Shown here piece after piece: positions 53,298 through 64,000 of a stretch of 64,000 nucleotides of DNA. The DNA comes from Cycas panzhihuaensis. Lineage: Eukaryota > Plantae > Cycadophyta. Where the stretch lies: NCBI GenBank assembly GCA_023213395.1, contig CM041465.1, forward strand, positions 74,159,741 through 74,223,740, written 5' to 3'. Positions within the stretch are counted from its first letter, which is position 1, and the number at the start of each line of letters is the position of its first letter. The notes under the pieces were generated by a model. That model had not been told where the DNA came from and made no database searches. It worked only from the letters and a program-made list of their open reading frames with translations. The position numbers and the translations under genes were made by a program.

Positions 53298-56200
53298 TAT
53301 AAGAATATAGAATTTCATTCTAATACCATATTAAAATGTACTCATTATGCACAGTAGAAATATATCAAAGATGTATAATAAATTAATCATATCACGAGGA
53401 ATGTATACAAATAACATAATATAAGATAAGCATGTTAAGTATTAATATGAATATAAAGTAATATTATCATAATGAATAATGACTATGTACGATAAGGGAT
53501 AATAAATTTATACATGAAAAACCCAATATGAGAAAAACCATAGGAAAAGGTTATAGTTTGGAGCTCCTCTTTATGATATCAAATAATTATATCTCTAAGT
53601 CAATCTTTCCTTTTTAATCATTTCTCAAGCTCTTAAGTAGTATATGTACATATTTATAGATATGTCACCTCATGAATAACCTATAATATCTCTTAAACCT
53701 TTTAATTATTTAATAGAATGTTTACATGAATAATTATGCATATCACATCTATTAATGCTTTTGGTGAATGGAATTTTATATAGGTCGACTATATCATGTT
53801 AAACACTAAATATATGAAAGTATCATATAGTTCAACACTCACCCTTAATGTCTAATATATTCAATTTGTAATCTTTAAGTCTTCAATCAGCCTTAGTCAT
53901 GTATTGATGAGTTTTCTATATATTAGAATTTATAAACTTGTATCAAAATATGCATAAAGCTCTATCACCTATAACTTATCAATTTATTTATTAATATCAT
54001 GTTTGTTTTCTATAAGTAATTAATTTATAAATATTTATAGTCAATTATGTTTATCAATGACTAACTATGAGTATTTATGACTAACCACTTATAAATTTGC
54101 ATATAATTATTATCAACTAAATAACTAATCTCAATTTCATGACTTTTACTTATTATGTTTATATGAAGTTCTCTCCTTAATAACTTTATATCTTCATCTA
54201 TAAAGCTACTATAAACATCAACATTATCAATCTCTCATCTTAATAATCTCATGAATAAAAATGATTACTGATGTTCATATAAAATAATAACCATTTACCA
54301 AAATATATTGGTAACTAGCCACTATAATTGCTAATTCTCTAAGATGTATTTCTTATACGAGGCTCATTAGAAAATAAAAAATAACACTTAGTTATTAGGC
54401 AAAATATTATTACAAAAGTAGCATAAAATATCTCACCTCTTGCACATTGGAATAACAACATAATATCTATGTTATATAAGAGTAGCTTATGAAACCTTTT
54501 TCTTGTCTCTTATGTACAAGATAACCTTGTATGTTTTCTTTATTTATGTATATATTTTTATAACTTTCTTTTGTCAAATAATAAATAACATAATGACATC
54601 GACAAATCAATAATTTAAACATACTAATTCTAGGAATAGGGCATACACTTTGCTAAGTTAAGTTAGTTGTAATAAGATAATATAAATAGTGTGTTCTCAT
54701 ACCTCTTATTATATATACTAAGTTAGATTTCTTACTAATAAACATATATCATATACTAACTAAACTCCTTAACATTTGAACTTAGTATTCTGAGTAATTA
54801 ATATATGAGACTACTCCATGTCTCATAAATAAGTAAAAAATATCAACATCTTAATTACCTTTTAATATCAACTGCAAATAAGTTGGGCCCTTCATTAATA
54901 AATATCAGGTAGTGTCATCAATCTCATTTATTCATTCAACAATAAATAAGTGATCATTGCATTTGATTAGTATTGTACACCACTAAATCAAATGTGATAA
55001 GTACAAAGGGGGATTTTTATCATGTTTAGCATATTTAAGATACCCATAATAATTTTACTTCAAATACATTTAACATCATTAATTTTTCATCAATTTTAAG
55101 CCTTAAACTATTATAAATAAGCCTTTATCTAATTAATTTTAAATGAAACTTGCCTATTCTTTCATAATTTATAATTAATCTCACCACAATGATCTTATGA
55201 ACCTTTAATAACATCAAAATATACTAAAACAAATTTTAAATTGCTAAAAAACTCCATCTTTTATGAAATCAAAATCACTTAACTTTATCCTTTAAAATCA
55301 CTATTATTTGAACTTTAGAATATGTCTTATGATTACTTAGTTTAACTATCTTGAAATTCTCTAATAATATAATTGATGGTGCAAAAAATAGATACTCCAG
55401 TGAAAAGTTATGACTAAAAAAGTATTAGGATGTTATAAAAAATTATGCAGCCTTTAAGAAATGTTATTTAGCTCCCTTTTATTCGGCTCTTGGTCATATT
55501 AGCTCCTCTATATAATTGATTGTTGATGGCTTAGTGACTTATCACTTTACTTCACAAAATATTCAAATTTAATTAAATGTATCAAAACATCATGTCCACT
55601 TAATAACACATACCTCTTTATTTTGCCGTATATTAATTAGTATAAGATTGTTGCCTATTTTATATATATTGATGGGATACTAAATCTTCATATCATTTAA
55701 TATACCTAAGTGTAGTTTTTGTTAATTATGAGATTATGTGAGACAGTTAGTCTCACAAAATCTCAATTACTTCTAAAAGGGGACAACTTGTACTAATAAA
55801 TGCAACTAGTAATAGTTTCTTGTCTTCTTTTTATCAACTTCGTGGACTAATTTTAAACTTTCATGTTTTATGAATATGACACCAACTTGCTAAAATAAAT
55901 ATCCACATAAATTATTAATTAACATACTATTAGTTTGTTATCATTCATTTTGATATAATTTTATCTCTTGTATGTGGCTTTGAATCATATTTATTATGCC
56001 CCAAAATCACAGTCATATGTCAGTGGTATAATTGAATTTTAACTTATCAAAATACACCTCAAATTAGCTTCTATATTGGCTCATAGACTAGCTCTAGAAC
56101 TAGCTTGACTAGGTCATCAATTGGCTCATAGAGGCTTACTAACCATTTCCATAAGATCTTTTACAACATGGATCTAATATCATGTAAGAATATAAAATTT

Positions 56201-56724
56201 TATTCTAATACCATATTAAAATGTACTCATTATATACAACATAAGTATATCAAAGATGTATAATAAATCAATCATATCATGAGAAATATATATAAATCAT
56301 GTAATATAAGATAAACATACTAAGTAATAATACAAAGATAAAGTAATATCACCATAATGAATAATGAGCATGCATGCACAATAAGGGTTAATAAATTTAT
56401 ATGTAGAAAACCTAATATGGAAAAAACCATGGTAGAAGATTAAAGTTAGGAGCTCCTCTTTATAATATTATATAATTACATATCTAAGTCAATCTTCCTT
56501 TCCTAATCATTTTTCAAGTTTTTAAGTGGTATGTGTATATTTATAGATATGTCACGTCATAAATAGCCTATAATATCTCTTGATCCCTTTTATTATCCAA
56601 CATGATGTTTATATGAATAATTGTACATATCAAATCTATCAATAATTTTCATGATTGATATTTTATGTGGGTCCACTATATCATATTAAACATTAAATAT
56701 ATGAAACGATCACATATTTCAGTA
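53298..56724 (-). mobile_element. Non-autonomous LTR element G (3427 bp, no recognisable pol)
   Basis: LTRs 53298-53837 and 56183-56724; TSD GGGAG (53293-53297, 56725-56729); PPT complement CTCACCCTTAA at 53838-53848; degenerate PBS complement GATCTAATATCA at 56171-56182; very AT-rich interior. Confidence 0.9.
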
Positions 56725-59700
56725 GGGAGAAGTGGCATTTAGATAGGATTCAAGAAATAAAAGGAAAAGTAGGACAAAAAGAAATATAATTTTTATATAC
56801 TAGGAGGATAATATTGAGAGATTATTCCTTTGGGTAAGGGATTTTGCTAACCATTGGGCATAATTTAGTTCACTCTAGTTGGTAGTTGCTAAAGTCCATA
56901 AGCCATGTGGTTTTCAATTGAGAGATTAGCTGAATCATGGGCTTGAGGGGTTATTATGAGAGGGTATTAGTAACAATATTATCTTTCCTATTTTTATACA
57001 TTATAGTAAAGTCAAACACCTATATATAGTTGTGCCACTTAGCTTATTCCTTTGATAGGACTAGTTGATCAAGGAGGCTTTGAAGGCTATGATGATTTGT
57101 AAGAATGGTAAATGTTGACCTGAGGAGATATTATCACCACTTGTTGATTGCATTTAGGATGGCCTTCATCTCTTTTTATTAGGTAGATAAATAACATTCA
57201 TGGTCCTTTATCTTATAATTTTCAAAGACAATCATATGGAAGTTCTACATAAGTATAACTCCTAATTCAAATCTTAAGGCATCACATTCCAATTAGAATG
57301 ATTAAGAAAAATTTAGAGTGGTAAGAACTAGGGTCAAGGCCATAATGGCTTTGAGGTATTTAAATACATCCCCAGTAGATAAGGACCATTAGAAGGAGTC
57401 CTTGTAGAGAAAATTAGATAGTAGGCCAATAATAGAGGTATAATTATAGATGAATCATCTATAAAAACCCATAAGATCAAGGAAGGCATGAAGATATACT
57501 ATTTTTTTTGGTGTAGGCATGTTATGATAGTGGAGATTTTGTCTAGGTCAACTTGAACACCTTTTATTGAGATGATGTATCCTAAGTATTACAACTTTAT
57601 CTTTCTAAATTTGCACTTTAATAACTTAGCATAAAGTTTTTATTAAGAAAGGATTTAGAAAATGTTTTCCAAATACTTAAGATGGAGGGGTATACTAGAG
57701 TTGTAGACAAGTATATCATTAGAAAATATAATATAAATTTATGTAGGTATGGTGCAAATATCCTATTTATGAGAGAATTCATAGGTGGTAATGGCATTCT
57801 AAATATCAAAAGGCATGATTTGAAACTCAAAGTGATCATGATATATGCAAAATATTATTTTATGGCAATCTTCTAGGTGATTGGTATCTAATAATGCCTT
57901 GATTGAAGATCAAGTTTAGAAAATATAGTTACACTATGGATTTCATCAAGCATATCATCAATCCTAGGTATTAGGATTTTATTTTAAATTGTAATCTTGT
58001 TAAGATCTCTATAGTTCATACACAAGTGAAAGGAATCATCTTTTTTCTAAATTAGAATAATTAGAGCTATATAAATACTCTTACTAGGTTGTATAACTCT
58101 TATGTCCATAAGTTCAATTGTTATCCTTTGAATCTCATTCTTTTAAAAGTATGAGTTCTATTATGGCCTGAGGCTAATTAGATCATGAGGGTGATTGAGC
58201 TTAGTTGAGTGGTAGAATCCATGATCTAAGGGAGTGGTGGTGAGGATGGATGTAAATATAGATTGATATTTGATGATTGGATTTTGGATATCAAGGTTAG
58301 GTGTGCCTTATGCTTTAATATTATTAATATGAACTATATATCATATACTATTATTTAAGTGTCAATGTAATATTCTAGGAGAAATAAGCTTATTGGGGGG
58401 AGTCTATATCCCATAGAGTTTATGGGTTTACCCACGATTGTCTTTAAATAATATGAATGGGTTATTTATAAAATGATTTATACAGTATATATCTAGTGTT
58501 TAGAGCCATTAGAGTCTAAATATGGTATTGGACCCACTTATAGACAAGGCATAGAAGTTTGAGATTAGAGTGTATAAGCCTATTTGAATTTGTAGGTTCT
58601 TTATTATACTTATATAATGGAGAAAGAGATGACCAATTATGTAATAAGTAAATCTAAATTTGGATATAATATGTAAATTAAGTTATCGAGCTAAGGATAT
58701 GCTAATAAAGTTTAATAGAATGCCACTATTAATGAGAAGAGTAATTGGTGTTTGTCTAAGTGTTACTTTAACACATAGAGGTTATAAACATGACATAGAA
58801 GAGGTAACCGATAGTGAGGCCTTAATTACTTATGGTGAGGAGGGATCTTAGGGAGGTATCTCATCAACATCTTAGTTAGGCTCATCATGGTCGGTATCAT
58901 AGTTATCTTCCAAATCAACATTAATAGTACATATCATCCTTTTTTATTTGTACACTCTATTATGACTGGGGGACTATTTCTTTGAGTATTTTATATAGAG
59001 ACTGGCTTTCATCCTTCTGCTTACTTCATCTAAAGGAACATAGACTAGACATGAGGAAGGTATAGTTATGGATGGTTGTTACTGGCTGAACTCTCATAGA
59101 TATGGCCATTGTCCTATGAACCATGTGAAATGGTACAACTAGAATCTTATCAAAATAAGGTTGGTGATCTTCTATAAACTTTGCTTCTATTGCCTTATCC
59201 ATGATGATGGCATCCCTTAGAGTTGAAAGGGTAAGTGCCTTCAAGTGAATTTGAAGATGCTTTCTCAGTCCTGATGTGTATATTTTAATGATTGTTAGGT
59301 AGTTAAGTTACTAAGAAACTATGTTAAAGAGAACTTAAAACTCTTCTACGTATGTTTTAACCATCATAGTTTTCTTTAACTGAGTGAGTTGGTTGAAGAA
59401 GGATTTATTCTAAGTGTCCTCATATTGTTCAAAGAAATTCTTATAAAGGAGGGCCTATATCTGAATAAAATTTTTCTTTTTGTCACCAACAAAACCAATG
59501 GTAGACCTTGCCTTCTAAGTAGATGGAAGTAAAGGTTAATTACTCATCAGGGGCCATAGGGTTAAGAATGAAATATGACTTGAGATTACTAATTTAACTT
59601 CTATCCAAGTCCCTATTAAGATGGGGATGAAATATAGGTATATTAATCTTTTGGTGTCATGGTTTTTGCCTTAGTATTAATAATGATGGTATTGGTGGAG

Positions 59701-60199
59701 GTGATATATGTATCAAGTTTTAGGAAGAGGGTGCATTAGCTATAGTTTTTGAAATTTTGACTAGCTCAGCAATGACATGTACCATCCATGCTATGAAATT
59801 ATTAGTCATGAATGTGAGGTTATTATTGACATTAACAATATATTTAGATAAGTCATCTTTTATTTGTATAATTTTGGTATTTAAGTCAGTGACTTATGCT
59901 TCAAGTGCTTGGATATTTTTAGTTTGTGTGGGGGTCCTTATACTTATATCTACTATTTCTATGAACCACTATGAAAAAGATGGGAATGTAGCTAAGAGGG
60001 ATTAAGGGGAGAGGAAAGGGTCACTAAGAAAAGGGATGAGAAAGTAAGAATAAGATCCAAGAGGTGGGACTAATATAGAAGGGTGGGGGGTGGAGATGTC
60101 TATAGTCTATTAACCTCCTAGGCATAAATATATATAGCTAGTATGAAAACTAGGTAATAACCCCACTTAGTTCATTGTGATAAGCTCATCAAAATGACA

Positions 60200-63100
60200 C
60201 GTGAGATTATGTGTAATTTTTGGGTTAATCACATTTTTAGTATAACTAAAAACATGATGAAACATAAAGTAAAAATCTTATCATTTAATTACCAAAGTCA
60301 AATTTTATCAAAAAATCTTGAATCAAATTGACTTGATTAATAAAAAAGCAACCTAGAAGGGGTGAAAACTTAAACACAAGCCCAAAAATCATAAAAAAAT
60401 AACAAGTTTAAATATAAAATCAAGAGAAAAAGACTAAAGCAAGGAAATATTTCAAGAAAAAAAGGTGAGTCAAAATGGTCTAAAAGATGGGATTATGTTG
60501 CTATAGTTTAAGTCATTAGCAAGTAGAAACATAATAGTAAAATCATTATCATCTAACATAAATCATTCACAAGATTAATACCATATATCATCAAAACTAA
60601 ATGTGATCTAACATAATAGAAAACAAACTTAAAATTAATCAATTAAATATAGATTAAACAAGATATTTGTTAATGAAATATATAAAGATTAATTAAGGGC
60701 CAAGTTTTAGTGAAACATTTACCCCCTTGGCACTTGAAGCTCCTACTTCAAAAGAGGAGTAGGATGGTGAAAGGTGATAATGATTCACAATAAAGGTTTT
60801 CTCAAAAGGTAATGAATTTGAATAAGGTATGTAGATGATGGAAGGCTAGTCTGAAAACGGTACTAAAATGAAACTAAAGTAAACCTTGACTTCACTAAAA
60901 TAATAAGCTAAAGGTATTGCCAAAATGCTTATCAAATAGAAAGGGCTTAAAAGGTATAATACCATAAGATTGCCCATAGGTAAGATGGGGCTTATGATCC
61001 TTTTTCACTTTGAAGAACTATGAATGATACCCATAAACTAGATGAGGCTTACACTTACTTAATTAAAAACAACACTAAAAATGACCATAAACTACATGGG
61101 GCTTAGTATCTTAAATGGTCATAGTTTGTCTCTCATTAACTAAGTCTTGAAGGAAAGCCCTTTCGCCAAAGCATAAAGGAAGGACTATTATATTTTTTGG
61201 GCTTATTAATAGGTGATTTTTTGAAGCCTTCTATCATAATTTTTGCTCATTAATGGGTAAAACAGATTCAAAGCTTATCGATGACCATGAGAAGGATTAA
61301 AATGGATGTTAAGATATCATGAGATACCATATTTAGGTCATCAAAATGCATAAAAAATAAGGTTAATGATAACTCTAATTGATGAAAGATATACCAATTC
61401 TTACATTTAGGAACAATCTATCTATGAGTAATTATTAAAGGAAGATAAAACCAACCTAGATAGATGAAATGGAGATAAGAAAATTTTTTGCTTAAAAAAC
61501 AAAGAAGAGCTGCCATTTTATATTAAAAAATGATCATGTTTAGTTTCATTTTCATGAGTGAGAGTTGAAAAAAGGATGACTTAGAGGGCCTACTTTTTAG
61601 ATTTTCGAGACGATTAGAGACTATTTAGATAAGAGATTAGCTCCAAGAGGTGTGGATTAAGGAGATGCACTACGGGGCTAGATATTAGGTGAGTCTTCTT
61701 TATAATTATTTTTTAAACTTTTTTTTTTTGTAAAAAATATAATGATGTAAGGGTTACAAATATGGAAACTTAATTAAAAGCATGGCCAAGGAATTAAAAA
61801 AGTGGTTTTATAATTTAAAACAAAATTTAGAAGATCACATTTTTTACAAAGAAATTACATTTTTAATTATGTTGTCACATTTTTCACTATGTTATTGTAT
61901 TTTTGATTTTGAATGAAAAAAATAAACAAATAAATTCAAAAGTCAAAATTATAATCTAACTTGATTGTTTTTACTATGATGTAGCCTTTGGAGAGGATAA
62001 AGTCCTGAGAAAATAGGGAATTAGCGATTGAGGAGTTGGATAACCAAATTATTGAGGAGGATTGGGACCTATTAAGGAGATATAGGCTATCTTGGATAAG
62101 TGGGTCGACCTAACTAGTTATAGAGTACAATATTTTACATAACTTTATCAGTTTTTAGATCCCAAGGAGGAATGTATTTGTGGTACATATAATTAGAGAT
62201 ATTTAGATTACTCCTAAAGACATTGGGAGGATTTTAGAAGTTAGTTAGCATTGAGAGAGGATCAGACTAAATAAGGTGGTCAATGATGAGTCCACGATCA
62301 ATTTGGTCCTCATGGGATATTGATTGAGGAGATGAGGACATCAGAGGGGATATATGTGATACGAAAGATCATTATCTTAATCATTATATTCAGGATTACA
62401 AGGACCTAAAACTTCATGGGGTTCCCTACATGGTAGGTTGGGGTAATCAAGAGATGTGAGGAGGGGTCTAGGATGAATTAGGGTTAGTATATAGTAGATA
62501 GAATATGCATCTAGTTATCTAGGATTAGAAGACAGGGTCAAGGAGGTTCTTCTTATAGTTTGATCCTTATATATTGGTTATATGACAATATCCCATTAAT
62601 GAAGTTGGGTGGATTACTAAGAGAGCTAACTATTATGGATCTAGGGATGAATAGATGGCACATAAGATCCTAAATCCATAGTAGATTAGTTATAGTAACA
62701 ATAGAGTACACATAGTCCTCTATTAAGTTAGATGACCAAGAGATAGTTGGTAAAGGACCCATATGGGGGGTTGTTGATATGGAGTGATGACAAGGTAGAT
62801 ATGGCTAAAAAAATAGTAGTAGAGGAGACTTCTAGTGCAACTAGAGGGAGAGGGAGTGGGAGAAGGAGAGGAGGTAGAGGAAGAGGTGATGGGGTATAGC
62901 ATCTAGCTAGTTAAGGTTATAAAGGAGAGAGGGTGAGCCATCAACTAGTGGAGGTGGAAGAGGAGGTAGGGATATGTTCTAAGAAATAGGTGGAGCACAA
63001 GGTGGTGACAGAGGAGGCTCCATATAGAGTATAGAATAGGTTTATGAGATGGCCAGGGAAAAGTAGGAGATGGGAGTAGAGGAGGAGAGGGAAAGCCTCC

Positions 63101-64000
63101 TTAAGTGGCTCCCTAAGAGCCTCAAGAAGAAGAGACCTTCCAACCAACAAAGAAGATAGTGACAGAGCTATCGAGAGGTAGAAAGTAGGTAGGAGGAGGA
63201 TAACCAATAGGTATGTTTATTATTATATATTTTGGATATGATTGATTTTTTATTTCTTAATTATGAACCTTTTCTATAGAAGATTGATCATGATTGATAT
63301 GTTTTTATAGATAGGTAAGGAGAGCCTAACTCTCTCAAAGATCTAGAGGATATTGGATCTAATCTTTCCTTATGTATCTATATTAGAAGAGCCTCTAATG
63401 TGGAATATCATCAATTTCACATTATTGGGAAATCAAATTAAGTAATTTAGTCATACGTTACAGGCTTAAGACATGATCTAGGACATGCAGATAGAGTTGA
63501 GGTTCTATGAGTTAGAGCTCAAGGTAGCAGAGGTCGAGTAGCATCATCTATAAAGGATGATATTGGTGTAGGATAGGGGTCAAGTTACTCCTTTAGAGAG
63601 TACCACAATATAGTAGGGGAGACAACTTCCACTAAGGAGGAAGTTGATGCATGGGCAGACTCCAAGTAGAGGCAAGAGGCTAGAGCTAGGAGGACAGGGT
63701 AGATCTCACTAGAGCTTATAGAGATGAACATATTTTGTATATAGAGAGGGGATGAGAGGGTGATATGAGGTATTTTGCTAGCCTCATATGTTGTATCATG
63801 AGTCATATGGTGACAAATGTATTGTATATTGACCATGTTCCATATTTATTTATATATTGATCATTTTAGTTATAATTTAACATATGTGATTAGATCATTG
63901 TCTCTAAACTCTTTCCCCATTTTTAATCCATGTTTTATATATTATACATGATATACATTCATCAGTGTGAATGTTCATCAAAGCATATGTTTTTTTTTTT
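60200..64000. mobile_element. Unresolved degenerate TE-derived sequence
   Basis: CpG-depleted like neighbouring TEs; PBS-like GATTAATACCA at 60573-60583; purine-rich, stop-riddled coding-like tract at 61980-63850; element identity and ends not determined. Confidence 0.45.

Larger units (their letters stand above)
47461..59800 (-). mobile_element. Chromodomain-bearing Ty3/gypsy element H (chromovirus), split into 47461-48092, 52683-53292 and 56730-59800
   Basis: Chromodomain relic ILTIR..WYLV*WVG..EATWES..YPHF (about 47490-47630); integrase LQPYK, KLSP and YGYPHL; RT fragments (ORF 57618..57839, MNSLINRIFAPYLHKF); gag ORF 59026..59244. LTR pair not identified. Confidence 0.88.

Noticed and set aside
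17139-59244. Numerous 60-170 aa ORFs as host genes
   Set aside because: They are gag/pol fragments or antisense/off-frame shadows of the retroelements.

Overview
Eukaryotic, almost certainly land-plant, nuclear DNA (tRNA-iMet-primed Ty1/copia and chromoviral Ty3/gypsy elements, a plant DUF547 gene fragment); the species cannot be assigned from sequence alone. Most of the window is decayed, AT-shifted, CpG-depleted LTR-retrotransposon sequence. I resolved two nests. Copia A (LTRs 13636-14179 and 46411-46885) contains a truncated Tnt1-like copia B (holding a solo LTR), copia C (holding the youngest element, D) and copia E (inserted into A's polypurine tract). A chromodomain gypsy H is split by a deleted copia F and a non-coding LTR element G. 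Directly behind A's primer-binding site is an 822-nt intron-less, antisense, stop-riddled copy of a DUF547 gene, i.e. a captured host gene. A young tRNA-derived SINE with a perfect 19-bp TSD lies at 5560-5851. The only non-TE part is a ~6.5-kb CpG-retaining island (about 6100-12700) with no recognisable protein family. It holds a probable two-exon AUG-less small ORF (9614-10057), an apparent diverged inverted paralogue of it (6592-6990), and fragments matching or complementary to miR166 and miR156. The island calls are by-eye hypotheses and need alignment statistics and RNA data. No intact, confidently named host gene is present.
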